DNA from: Enterobacteria phage vB_EcoM_IME540
Strand: one strand, 5' to 3'
Sequence record: MT150133.1
Length of the DNA: 64,000 nucleotides
Shown here: piece after piece, positions 17,331 to 25,992 of the stretch
Numbering within the stretch: the stretch's first letter is position 1
Layout of the letters: every line of letters begins with the position of its first letter
Made by a program: the position numbers and the translations under genes
The notes under the pieces: generated by a model
The model's input: the letters and a program-made list of their open reading frames with translations, nothing else
The model's database searches: none
Told to the model about the DNA's origin: nothing

Positions 17331-19148
17331 TTACGACATCCAGGCCTTACGGAGTTGAGGGTCATTACCAAGGAGCATTTCGAACTGTTCTTTCCAATCT
17401 TCAGGTAATTGAACAACATCAAATTTAGGGTCTTGAATCATTCGGCGGTATTCAGCTTTCTCAAGAGAACCTAGTCCTTTGATATACCGAATAGAATGTT
17501 TTGGTAGAGAGTCCTTAGCTTTGGTATAACTAGGAACATCATAGAACCATTCCTGTTCTTTACCGACCTGGGCAATAATTACCGGAGTTTTACAGAAACG
17601 TACTCGGCCTTGTTCGAACAATTCAGGCCATTGACTAAAGAAGGCTAGCAATGATGGATAAATCGAACCAGTACCATCCACATCGGCATCGGTCATAATA
17701 GCAATATTACGATAGTTGGTTTTCTCTGCGGGTTCACCAATAACCAATCCAGTGATTGCACAGATATCAAATAGTTCCTTGTTCTTCATGATATCTGTTG
17801 CTGTCATTCCCCAGGTATTCATAACCTTACCACGTAATGGATAGCCACCTTGAAGGTCTTTATTACGGACTTCAATGAAAGGACCCATAGCGGAATCACC
17901 TTCGGTTAGGAACAGGGTTGTATCAGCATCTTTGCCGTATAAGTTAGCTTTAATATGCTTATGGACCTTGGCTTTAGAAGCTTTCTTAGCGGCTTTAGTT
18001 TCAGCGGCCTTTTCAGCTGCTAATTTACGTGCTAAAGCAGCTTCAACGATAGGCATAATCAACCCATCGACCTTAAGAATAGCTGTGGCAATTTTCTTAG
18101 CATCAATTTGGATATGATTGCGAATCTCACCAAAAGGAGAGGTCAAACGTTCTTTAGTCTGTGAATCAAAACGCATGTTGCTCATATCACGAATGAACAT
18201 CACCATCGTAAGGCATTCTTTAACACGAGCTTTAGTTACTTCAATTCCACGGTATTTCTTTTTAATGCCTGGCAGAAGGTGTTCACAAATATCATCGAAT
18301 ACACATTCAACGTGGTGGCCACCATTCTTGGTGTGGATATTGTTTACATAAGTCAGTTGACGGAATCCATCCGGAGAAGGAGTGAACGCCATCGAAACAT
18401 TATCGGTTTCTTGGATTACAAAGTCTTCACCAAATTGCTTAGCATACTTTTTAAAGTTGCCATCTACTTTTTTACCATTAAAAGTAAATTGAATATCAGG
18501 ATAAACTACGGCCAGAGTTTGCAATCGGTCTAATGTAATATCCAGATAAATTTGTGACAGGCTATTTTCTTCGAAATGATTAAAGTCTGGGGTGAATATA
18601 ACCGAAGTACCCTTACCTTTAGATTTCTTAGTAGACCAACCTTTGTTTTCCATTCCGTTTGAACAGTTAACAGTAATCTCATTCTCACCATCAGAGGTGA
18701 TGCCTGTGAACAAAACAGAGAAGATATTAGTTAAACTACTACCGACACCATTCATGCCGCCTGTCTTACGCTCAGCGTCATCTCCAAAGTTACCACCTGC
18801 CTTTGGAATAGTCCATGCAGCTACAGGACCTGGAATCTGTTCACCATTTTGGTCGGTGACCATTGCTTGTGGAATACCACGACCATTATCAGAAACTGAA
18901 ACCTGGTTATTCTTAATTTGAACATCAATTTTATTTGCGAATTTAAAATTGGTACGAATAGCTTCATCGACAGAGTTATCAATGATTTCATCAATTAATT
19001 TAACCAGTCCAGGAACATAGTTTACCTGTGTAAAATTACCAAACAGGAATCGACCGTGAGCTTCATTAGCACTTGAGCCAATATACATCCCACTACGTTT
19101 TTTGATATGTTCAATGTCGGACAGTACTTTAATTTCATTCTTAATCAT
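17331..19148 (-). CDS. 39: DNA topoisomerase II large subunit, uninterrupted gp39+gp60 equivalent (GyrB-like)
   Basis: 605 aa with GHKL ATPase (NSVDEAI, DNGRGIP, GGMNGVGSS) and TOPRIM (LFLTEGDSA, IMTDADVDG) in one frame; SD GAGGAAATAAC. Confidence 0.95.
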   Translation of the reverse strand: MIKNEIKVLSDIEHIKKRSGMYIGSSANEAHGRFLFGNFTQVNYVPGLVKLIDEIIDNSVDEAIRTNFKFANKIDVQIKNNQVSVSDNGRGIPQAMVTDQNGEQIPGPVAAWTIPKAGGNFGDDAERKTGGMNGVGSSLTNIFSVLFTGITSDGENEITVNCSNGMENKGWSTKKSKGKGTSVIFTPDFNHFEENSLSQIYLDITLDRLQTLAVVYPDIQFTFNGKKVDGNFKKYAKQFGEDFVIQETDNVSMAFTPSPDGFRQLTYVNNIHTKNGGHHVECVFDDICEHLLPGIKKKYRGIEVTKARVKECLTMVMFIRDMSNMRFDSQTKERLTSPFGEIRNHIQIDAKKIATAILKVDGLIMPIVEAALARKLAAEKAAETKAAKKASKAKVHKHIKANLYGKDADTTLFLTEGDSAMGPFIEVRNKDLQGGYPLRGKVMNTWGMTATDIMKNKELFDICAITGLVIGEPAEKTNYRNIAIMTDADVDGTGSIYPSLLAFFSQWPELFEQGRVRFCKTPVIIAQVGKEQEWFYDVPSYTKAKDSLPKHSIRYIKGLGSLEKAEYRRMIQDPKFDVVQLPEDWKEQFEMLLGNDPQLRKAWMS

Positions 19149-19172
19149 GTTATTTCCTCATGTAGTAGGAGA

Positions 19173-19199
19173 ATATTATCCCATTTCACTTAAAGCATA
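19173..19199 (-). promoter_or_regulatory. MotA-dependent middle promoter (MotA box TATGCTTTA, 12 nt, -10 TAATAT)
   Basis: MotA-box consensus (a/t)(a/t)TGCTT(t/c)A at the expected distance from a TAnnnT -10, 24 nt upstream of gene 39 ATG. Confidence 0.55.
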
Positions 19200-19216
19200 A
19201 AAGGGCCGAAGCCCTT
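19199..19216 (-). terminator. intrinsic terminator (GGGC-TTCG-GCCC hairpin plus TTTT)
   Basis: Hairpin overlaps stop of lipoprotein gene; T-run merges into the MotA box. Confidence 0.5.
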
Positions 19217-19475
19217 AATCAAATCGAATGGTCGACTTTTTAAAGAATAAACCAGAACAAACAGTCCCTTCAACCCTTTTACCTGTCGGACCCACAGCAA
19301 TAAAGCCTGTACGTTGGAAATCATCTTCAGAACAGCCAAATAGGTTGTATCCTGTGATTTGGATTTGTTCGTAGCCATTTGCATCCAATACACGGGTAGC
19401 ATTATCGCCATCAGTACATCCAACCAACGAAACCGCTAATACGAGAGCTGCAATAGAACGATTAATATATTTCAT
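19215..19475 (-). CDS. predicted lipoprotein (86 aa)
   Basis: N-terminal signal MKYINRSIAALVLAVSLVGC with lipobox LVGC. Confidence 0.6.
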   Translation of the reverse strand: MKYINRSIAALVLAVSLVGCTDGDNATRVLDANGYEQIQITGYNLFGCSEDDFQRTGFIAVGPTGKRVEGTVCSGLFFKKSTIRFD

Positions 19476-19481
19476 AATTTC

Positions 19482-19658
19482 TCACTTAGTCAGCAGGTCG
19501 TAAAAACCGCCATTAACATGTTTAGGAGCCGAGACTAACCGAACAGCCAGCCGATGGCAATCAGGACAAACATCATTATCTCTTTCAGAGATTTTCTTGA
19601 TTTTTTCGTATTCTTTTGCACAGTCTTCAGATTGGCATTTGTAATCATAAAGTGGCAT
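19482..19658 (-). CDS. zinc-ribbon protein, FmdB-like (58 aa)
   Basis: Begins MPLYDYKCQSEDC ... CPDC, the FmdB-type MPxYxYxCxxC...CPxC signature; track ORF has an upstream alternative start. Confidence 0.55.
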   Translation of the reverse strand: MPLYDYKCQSEDCAKEYEKIKKISERDNDVCPDCHRLAVRLVSAPKHVNGGFYDLLTK

Positions 19659-19869
19659 TATAAGTTTCCTTCCAGAAGTCGGTGCCTTCAGCAGTGATTT
19701 CACGGAACACCGCATAGATAGGGTTTTTATCACCTTGATTTTCGTATACATAAACCGATGATAAATGAGAAAACATATCAGAATGTTCCTTTTGGACCAC
19801 GATTAAATCAGGGTTGAACAGAACATCTTCAAATTCTTCACGAGTCGAGTTCATAGTAACTTTAGCCAT
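19645..19869 (-). CDS. hypothetical protein (74 aa)
   Basis: ATG MAKVTMNST with SD GAGAGGAAAAT; downstream of an early promoter-like element. Confidence 0.6.
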   Translation of the reverse strand: MAKVTMNSTREEFEDVLFNPDLIVVQKEHSDMFSHLSSVYVYENQGDKNPIYAVFREITAEGTDFWKETYNATL

Positions 19870-19899
19870 TTTATTTTCCTCTCATTTGTTGATAGGGTA

Positions 19900-19929
19900 A
19901 TCTTATCACTACCCTACCATATTGTATAC
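19900..19929 (-). promoter_or_regulatory. early promoter-like element (-35 GTATAC, -10 TAAGAT, TGa)
   Basis: Weaker hexamers; inverted repeat GGTAGGGTA / TACCCTATC brackets the -10. Confidence 0.4.
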
Positions 19930-19942
19930 TGTTTTTTAAACT

Positions 19943-20509
19943 TTATGCAAAATGAATATCAGCATACTCAACGATAAAGCTCTCAGGAACAACCTTAAAG
20001 GTTCCAAGGAATACGATGTTATAGAGCTTAACGCCTTCTTCAACCCATTGGTCTGTGATGTAACCGGACATACTAGTGGTTTCATAAGTCGGACCATACT
20101 TGCAATTGTATTCAAACGGTTTAGGTGAAACGAAAAAGACACCTTTACCCAATTTCCATTTGAAATCAACACCAACATGAGATTGGTCAATAGTTTCAAC
20201 GTCTTGAGCTACTACGCCACGGATATCATTGCTTTCACATACATACCTATCATGGGATTCAACTTCTTCAACTACAGGAGCGATGTATCCGGTAAATTCA
20301 GTCGATTCCAAGAATTTAGCACGCACATAAGCGAATTGAGTTTCAGTCTGGCCATTTTTAGGAATGATACGCACTTTTACTTCAGAATTTTCTACACTGA
20401 CACCTTCTTTAAGTTGGATGCTAACAACTTCAACTAAACGGCCTGCAGCTTTTGAACGAGACTTTTTGGATACACGAACGATACCGCCGATATCGGAAAT
20501 AGTAATCAT
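19943..20509 (-). CDS. hypothetical protein, paralog of 20583..21338 (shared C-terminal domain)
   Basis: 188 aa; C-terminus GYITDQWVEEGVKLYNIVFLGTFKVVPESFIVEYADI aligns with CGWVTDQWVEDGVELLNVVHAGDFSVVPRSAVVNVLN of the upstream gene. Confidence 0.65.
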   Translation of the reverse strand: MITISDIGGIVRVSKKSRSKAAGRLVEVVSIQLKEGVSVENSEVKVRIIPKNGQTETQFAYVRAKFLESTEFTGYIAPVVEEVESHDRYVCESNDIRGVVAQDVETIDQSHVGVDFKWKLGKGVFFVSPKPFEYNCKYGPTYETTSMSGYITDQWVEEGVKLYNIVFLGTFKVVPESFIVEYADIHFA

Positions 20510-20551
20510 AATTTTTCTCTCTTGGTTAAAGGTTTATAATCCATGAGAGCC

Positions 20552-20580
20552 ATTATAACATGGCTCTCGATAAAGTAAAC
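20552..20580 (-). promoter_or_regulatory. early promoter (-35 GTTTAC, 17 nt, -10 TATAAT)
   Basis: Consensus hexamers; 7-bp inverted repeat GAGAGCC / GGCTCTC flanks the -10. Confidence 0.65.
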
Positions 20581-20582
20581 TA

Positions 20583-21338
20583 TTAATTCAATACATTAAC
20601 CACTGCACTACGAGGTACTACACTAAAATCACCAGCATGGACAACGTTCAGGAGCTCAACACCATCTTCAACCCACTGGTCTGTTACCCAACCACAGATA
20701 GGATTATCAAAAGGACGACGGATAGACACAGCAGCACACAACAGGTCGGTAGGGTCTTGTTCTTCAACTTCTTGGAACAGGATTAACTCTGCTTCATAAA
20801 CCAGGTTTTTCTCTACTTTGTTATTATCTAACCGGCGACCGTGGATGACATAAGATTTGGCAAACCAGTCACTTTTGGCAAATTCTTCAACAATAAATTC
20901 GCCTTCGCCAAAAACAGCAGTCAGAGTTTTATAACCAGAAATCAAGGCCTTAGTTTTAATTTCAGGTTCAACCAGTTTGTAGGTTTTGCCGATTTCGATA
21001 GTCTGAGTAGTCATAGGTGATTCCTTAATTTCCAGTGGTTTAACAGGGCATACATAAGTGCTTAAAACATCAAAATCAATTAGCTGGCTTGCCATTGGGG
21101 CCAAACGAATAAATGAATCAATTTCCCGTTGTGACAAGCGAATGGTGTGGATTTCCGGGACACCGCATTCTTGAACTGTTACAGATTTAATATTATCAAA
21201 CTCATCAGGTTCAATAGAAAGAATACGGAACTCGGTACCTTTAGTCATCTTTTTAAGGATGTCATAAGCTTGGTTGTGGAGCTTAAGGGCTGAAAACGGC
21301 GTAACAATATATTTGGCATTCGGATCAAAAGTGTTCAT
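20583..21338 (-). CDS. hypothetical protein, paralog of 19943..20509
   Basis: 251 aa; start overlaps upstream stop (ATGA); shared C-terminal motif TDQWVE.GV.L.N.V..G.F.VVP. Confidence 0.7.
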   Translation of the reverse strand: MNTFDPNAKYIVTPFSALKLHNQAYDILKKMTKGTEFRILSIEPDEFDNIKSVTVQECGVPEIHTIRLSQREIDSFIRLAPMASQLIDFDVLSTYVCPVKPLEIKESPMTTQTIEIGKTYKLVEPEIKTKALISGYKTLTAVFGEGEFIVEEFAKSDWFAKSYVIHGRRLDNNKVEKNLVYEAELILFQEVEEQDPTDLLCAAVSIRRPFDNPICGWVTDQWVEDGVELLNVVHAGDFSVVPRSAVVNVLN

Positions 21339-21844
21339 AATTTTCTCATTTCAATAAAATCTACAAGTTCGGCATGGGATTTGCGGAACATTACTTGGCG
21401 GCCGCCGATGACAACCTCATCTTCTGGTATTTCGTAAACAGCGAGGTAAAATCCTTTAGAAGATAATTCTTCACGCTCTTCACGAGTGAACCAGCGCATC
21501 ATATCATACTCGCTGGCAAAAGCAAAATGGTAGAGGTTAACAAACCAACCTGGAATATAATCATCAGAGCCTTCATAATCAGACCGTTTCCACTTGGTTC
21601 TAATGGCTTTATTAGAATTTTCTACCAACAACTTATCTTGACCTGGTAGCGGAATATTTTTATTAATGCTATGATGATGCCTAAAATTAGGTCTGTTGAA
21701 ACCTACTTCCAATAACCAACCTTCACTCCACGGGTCCATTGTACTTCTATATGGAGTCATTTGGATACAGAGGTCTCGACGTATTGTTACAGCATCTTCA
21801 TAATCTAGGATACTGAACGATGACTCCACTCGATAAATTTTCAT
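21335..21844 (-). CDS. hypothetical protein (169 aa)
   Basis: ATG MKIYRVESS after SD GAGGAG in conserved leader. Confidence 0.7.
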   Translation of the reverse strand: MKIYRVESSFSILDYEDAVTIRRDLCIQMTPYRSTMDPWSEGWLLEVGFNRPNFRHHHSINKNIPLPGQDKLLVENSNKAIRTKWKRSDYEGSDDYIPGWFVNLYHFAFASEYDMMRWFTREEREELSSKGFYLAVYEIPEDEVVIGGRQVMFRKSHAELVDFIEMRKL

Positions 21845-21871
21845 TTTGTTCTCCTCATGTTGATAGGGTAG

Positions 21872-21900
21872 ATAATATCATGTCATGAGGAGAAGTAAAC
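21872..21900 (-). promoter_or_regulatory. early promoter (-35 GTTTAC, TGa-extended -10 TATTAT)
   Basis: Spacer TTCTCCTCATG is the reverse complement of leader CATGAGGAGAA, which contains the SD. Confidence 0.6.
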
Positions 21901-21904
21901 ATTT

Positions 21905-22579
21905 TTATCGATTTTTTATACTTAATGGGTCAGGATTCTCAGGGACATCTTCCAGGCCCAAAGCGTATCGTTGGGCATATTTAAGCATCAGGATATCCTT
22001 AGCACAGTCATGGATGGAGTCATGGGCAACAAAGCCATTCAATGTTCCGTTAGGCAGAGGACACATGCTCAATCCACGAGTTAGTGAATATGCTTCAATA
22101 GCCGTACGGATATCGCGTTGGTTCCAGAATTTAACCGGTTCTAATTTACTGGTATCAATTTCATTCTCGGGAACACCTTCAGAACGATAAGCATCACGAA
22201 TAAGGTCGACTAAGATAGGAAAGTCAAATGACATTCCACGGCACCACATCTGTGATTTCCATTGGTCTACTTCGTTTTTACGGCAGTATTCCAGGAAATT
22301 GCCAAGGCCGATAGAAGTGGACACATCAATTTCGGATGGCGCCAGGTTTTTACGTGCTTCAGGCCCTTGCTCTTTCCACCACTGCAACGTGCTTTTAGAA
22401 AACAGTCGTCTATCACGTTGAGAAGCGAGGTCAAATTTAATACGAAGGCCTCGTTGAGTAAGCTCTTCAAACGTTTCTACAACCTCTGGATTAGGGTCAT
22501 AAGCAATTACCGCGAGGTCAATAACCGCCGCATTTTGGGTTGTGGCAAAGGTTTCGAAGTCGATAATTATATCTTTCAT
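21905..22579 (-). CDS. dexA: exonuclease A (DexA), DEDDh 3'-5' exonuclease
   Basis: Matches recalled T4 DexA (IIIDFET, AVIDLAVIA.DPNPEVVETF.EL, WCRGMSFDFPILVDLIRD, FVAHDSIHDCAKDILM.KYA). Confidence 0.9.
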   Translation of the reverse strand: MKDIIIDFETFATTQNAAVIDLAVIAYDPNPEVVETFEELTQRGLRIKFDLASQRDRRLFSKSTLQWWKEQGPEARKNLAPSEIDVSTSIGLGNFLEYCRKNEVDQWKSQMWCRGMSFDFPILVDLIRDAYRSEGVPENEIDTSKLEPVKFWNQRDIRTAIEAYSLTRGLSMCPLPNGTLNGFVAHDSIHDCAKDILMLKYAQRYALGLEDVPENPDPLSIKNR

Positions 22580-22815
22580 TTAACATACCTCATAAGGTCA
22601 CGGATTTGACCGACGGTGTAGTCTTCAATATAAACCGAAGAGATATTGTCGTCCATCAGTTTTTGTACAGCAATAAAATCACTTTCAATCTCTTTAAGAG
22701 AATGCAAGACCTTATGAGCCTTGCCACGAATATTTGTATCGTCTTGGTTGACCTTAATAATATATTCGGTTTCAAATTTCAACTTATAAAATTGGTCTTT
22801 AGTTACTTTAATCAT
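22576..22815 (-). CDS. hypothetical protein (79 aa, dda.1-like position)
   Basis: Track ORF trimmed to ATG MIKVTKDQ after SD GAGGAAAAT; stop overlaps dexA start (ATGA). Confidence 0.6.
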   Translation of the reverse strand: MIKVTKDQFYKLKFETEYIIKVNQDDTNIRGKAHKVLHSLKEIESDFIAVQKLMDDNISSVYIEDYTVGQIRDLMRYVK

Positions 22816-22822
22816 ATTTTCC

Positions 22823-24154
22823 TCAAACGTAATAAGCGTCAGTACGAGCACGAGTAATACTAACATAAGCCAGCTGTGAAGCTAAATTCACATCAGCCAT
22901 GTGCATACACGGGGTATAGATGAAACTGTTCTGGACTGTGAGGCCTTGTGATTTATGGACCGTGCTTACAGGAAGAGCTCGAACCTTAGTAAACATTCTC
23001 TTAGCTTTCCAAAAATCAGCCCACTTAGGTTTCTTACCCGTTCCACGCATGGCTTTGTACTCAGTAGCAACCTTAGCCAAGAAATAATGAAACTTCTCAA
23101 CTGAAGCCTCATCGATAACCTTTAAATGCTCTACGTAATACTCATCATCTTCATCGACGGATTCTACTTGAAGGTCCCAGTAATTAATCATTTGACGGGT
23201 GCCTACATCCTTAGCAGACAAGAACAATGAGGTGTGGTTCACATCCAGAATACGAACCATTTGTCCGTTATTAAAAATGGTTTCAGAGAATTTCTTACCG
23301 TCGTATTCAAGTTCCTTCATAAAAGGCTCTTGCATCACTAGGATTTCGCCCTTGATATAAGGCGCATCGGTTTCATAAAGCTTTTTACGAATAATACTAT
23401 TCAGCTTTTCAACCGATTTATTTGTATAAGCAAACATCCTATTTTCAAATAAGGCATCCGCGTCTTTTACGATGGAAAAATAATTCATCATAAAATCTTT
23501 TAAAGCAGTTTGAGATTTAAAGCCATGGACACCATGTCCTTCGAATACACAATCTCTAAACCATCCGCCATTACGGATTTCGGTAGCCACCTCAATGATA
23601 GGAGCATTACTACGCATTACTTCAGTCAAATGCAATTGCTTGATTTTTGGATGAGTAAAGAACGGAGACAACTGTGGACTACCATCACTTCCAGGTTCCA
23701 CTGGCTGTAGCTGAGCTCTGTCGCCAATCCCTAATACAGTACACCATGGCGGCACAGAAGATTCGATAATCTTAAACAGCTTACCGTCAATCATCGAGCC
23801 TTCATCAACGACCAGCACATTACATTTGCTCAAGTCAGGAGCTTCGCGTTGTTCAAAGATGTCCTGGTCTTCGTATGTGGTAGGGTTAATCTTTAAGATT
23901 CTATGGATTGTTGATGCTTCTTGACCTGCGAGTTTCGACAACACCTTTTTGGCCGCATGAGTAGGTGCAGTCAAAATAACTCCGAGTTCACCATTCTTGA
24001 CTAGATGGTCAAGAATAAATTTGGTAAGGGTTGTTTTACCCGTACCGGCAGGGCCATTCAATGTAATCCATTCGCCCTTACGTCGTTTAATGGCTTCAAT
24101 GATTTCTTTAAAAGCCGTCCTCTGGCCGATATTCAAGTCTTCAAATGTAATCAT
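22823..24154 (-). CDS. dda: Dda DNA helicase (SF1B)
   Basis: 443 aa; matches recalled T4 Dda (INGPAGTGKTTLTKFI, ILAAPTHAAKK.LSKL.G.EASTIH, NGQ.VRI, ALP.ST.HK.QG); Walker A present. Confidence 0.95.
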   Translation of the reverse strand: MITFEDLNIGQRTAFKEIIEAIKRRKGEWITLNGPAGTGKTTLTKFILDHLVKNGELGVILTAPTHAAKKVLSKLAGQEASTIHRILKINPTTYEDQDIFEQREAPDLSKCNVLVVDEGSMIDGKLFKIIESSVPPWCTVLGIGDRAQLQPVEPGSDGSPQLSPFFTHPKIKQLHLTEVMRSNAPIIEVATEIRNGGWFRDCVFEGHGVHGFKSQTALKDFMMNYFSIVKDADALFENRMFAYTNKSVEKLNSIIRKKLYETDAPYIKGEILVMQEPFMKELEYDGKKFSETIFNNGQMVRILDVNHTSLFLSAKDVGTRQMINYWDLQVESVDEDDEYYVEHLKVIDEASVEKFHYFLAKVATEYKAMRGTGKKPKWADFWKAKRMFTKVRALPVSTVHKSQGLTVQNSFIYTPCMHMADVNLASQLAYVSITRARTDAYYV

Positions 24155-24450
24155 GCCAATTTTACTCGCTTAACATATAAAGTGTCTAAAACTAATTTAA
24201 GTTCTCGGGCCCGTTCTTCAGTAGGATATACGGTTTTAGTTTCCCGCTTATCAAACCACCATTTTCTAGGTGTGTACACTGTTTCAATGCGTCCCTTACT
24301 TAAATATAGTTTTGTAGTGTATGAATACCCAGCGCATTCTAAATCAGCAGCGGCTTTTGTGGAATATAAGGTCACCTTTCCTTCATATTCCAATGGAATT
24401 TCGTACCCATCTTTGTCCTTGTGAACTAATACGTATGCATAGTACATCAC
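24151..24450 (-). CDS. hypothetical protein (99 aa)
   Basis: SD GAGGT before ATG; stop overlaps dda start (ATGA). Confidence 0.65.
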   Translation of the reverse strand: MMYYAYVLVHKDKDGYEIPLEYEGKVTLYSTKAAADLECAGYSYTTKLYLSKGRIETVYTPRKWWFDKRETKTVYPTEERARELKLVLDTLYVKRVKLA

Positions 24451-24451
24451 G

Positions 24452-25186
24452 TTAACCTCTAATCAGTGAAAAAATTGAAGCATTCAGCGGAAGACCTTTT
24501 TTCAACTTCATTTTGTCAATAAAAGAAAGGTGTTCTAAACGCTCCAGACCTTGAATAATTTTATCATACATATCGTAACGCGTTTCTGCTTCAGACAATT
24601 TAAACTTGACACGCCAATCAGGCCCACCAATTAAAGATTTAAGACCCTTTTCCATAGTACCTATTGAAGCGTTAGAACCGTGGATACGAGCTTTAACCGC
24701 GATAACAGAAGGGGTCTTATCAGTAGCTCCTGATTTAATAAGGTCTTTAAGACGTTTTTCACGCTTTTTAAGACCTCTTTGGGTATCTTTAATATTTTTA
24801 ACGATTTTACGAATTTTATAATAATTATCGGGGGTAACTTTAAAACTATTAGGCATTTTAGAACTACCTGAAATACGGACCGCTAAACGGGTCTGGGCTC
24901 GTTTCAATTCATCTAGAGACAAATCGGCACGTAAACTGTTGTACTTAACTTTAACTGGGATTACATTACCTTCAATATAACCAATATCGTTATTAAAACG
25001 TTCAAATGAAATCTTATCATTAACTGAATTCTCATCAAAGCACTCGCCTGAATAAGCACACACTTTTTGTTCGAGAAGTCTACGAACATACTTACTAGAT
25101 AGGTTGAAGTCCTTACCGCGTTTATAAGCAGAAGCTTTGGTGTGTTTGCGGCGGTTGTAAACCTTTAACTCAAATTCAGTAGTCAT
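24452..25186 (-). CDS. hypothetical protein (Srd-like position, 244-248 aa)
   Basis: Basic, K/R-rich protein downstream of an early promoter; T4 has srd between dda and modA but sequence identity not verified; start 25186 or 25198. Confidence 0.6.
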   Translation of the reverse strand: MTTEFELKVYNRRKHTKASAYKRGKDFNLSSKYVRRLLEQKVCAYSGECFDENSVNDKISFERFNNDIGYIEGNVIPVKVKYNSLRADLSLDELKRAQTRLAVRISGSSKMPNSFKVTPDNYYKIRKIVKNIKDTQRGLKKREKRLKDLIKSGATDKTPSVIAVKARIHGSNASIGTMEKGLKSLIGGPDWRVKFKLSEAETRYDMYDKIIQGLERLEHLSFIDKMKLKKGLPLNASIFSLIRG

Positions 25187-25224
25187 GATTTTTCTCATCT
25201 TACGGACGATTAGTTGATAGGTCT

Positions 25225-25253
25225 ATAGTATCATGTTGCTAGGTAAAGTAAAC
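25225..25253 (-). promoter_or_regulatory. early promoter (-35 GTTTAC, TGa-extended -10 TACTAT)
   Basis: Same module and leader AGACCTATCAACTAA as other early promoters. Confidence 0.6.
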
Positions 25254-25322
25254 ACTTTTTTGCTTTAAATTTTCGACGGTATAATGAATCAAGGACTTTG
25301 CCTTTCAATTAAACCGGGTGGT

Positions 25323-25937
25323 TCAGTAAGAAAGAACGGAAAGATTCCAAATGGTGTAATTATTCCATTTAGGATTTCTCTCAATAGAGTCTATGCGCAG
25401 CGTAGTTCCCGCAGGGAACATCATCTCATCTTCATCATTGATTAATTGTAAGTTTGCTACACGGGTAGATTCAGGAAATGCACCTGGGAACTCTTCAGGG
25501 GGCGCGGCACATAACATTTTAAAGATTTCTTCCTGATAATTGTACACAAATGGTGCATCATTAATACAAAAGATATTAAATGTGCCGTAGAAGTTATAAG
25601 ATGCGAAGTTACGAGCTACATTGAAATCTTTTGAGAAGCTCATTACTCGGTCGAATTCAATTACGGCACCTACACACATAGTAGATTCAAGATATGCCAT
25701 AGTCTTCTTAGAAATCCCACGGTACAACTTGTCAGGCACTGCAGAAGTCAGGTTCTTACGAATAATTTTGTTCAGAGTTTCCTGGATATTATCTGGTTTA
25801 TTTTCCATGCACTGCCAGAGGGTACTCTGTTCTAAATCAGAATACACCTCATCAATTTCTATCTGAGTATTCTCACGGAAATCATCGCATTTGGCATTGT
25901 TGATAAATTCTGCTAATTTATGGCTTGGATATAACAT
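25323..25937 (-). CDS. modA: ADP-ribosyltransferase, ModA-like
   Basis: 204 aa with R-S-E ART signature in order (LYRGIS ... MSFSKD ... YQEEIF); tandem with a second ART as in T4 modA-modB. Confidence 0.7.
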   Translation of the reverse strand: MLYPSHKLAEFINNAKCDDFRENTQIEIDEVYSDLEQSTLWQCMENKPDNIQETLNKIIRKNLTSAVPDKLYRGISKKTMAYLESTMCVGAVIEFDRVMSFSKDFNVARNFASYNFYGTFNIFCINDAPFVYNYQEEIFKMLCAAPPEEFPGAFPESTRVANLQLINDEDEMMFPAGTTLRIDSIERNPKWNNYTIWNLSVLSY

Positions 25938-25962
25938 ATTATTCTCCTCAGTTGGTAGAAAG

Positions 25963-25992
25963 ATAGTACCACAAGCTTCCTTGCCTGTAAAC
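25963..25992 (-). promoter_or_regulatory. early promoter (-35 GTTTAC, 18 nt, -10 TACTAT)
   Basis: Hexamers on minus strand 25 nt upstream of the modA-like ATG; SD GAGGAG. Confidence 0.55.

Noticed and set aside
16724-19148. Gene 60-type split of the topoisomerase subunit with a 50-nt ribosomal bypass
   Set aside because: The 605-aa frame is continuous through ATPase and TOPRIM regions, with no take-off/landing codon pair or intervening untranslated gap.
19190-19423. 77-aa minus-strand ORF overlapping the lipoprotein gene
   Set aside because: Alternate frame of the lipoprotein ORF, which has the signal peptide and lipobox.
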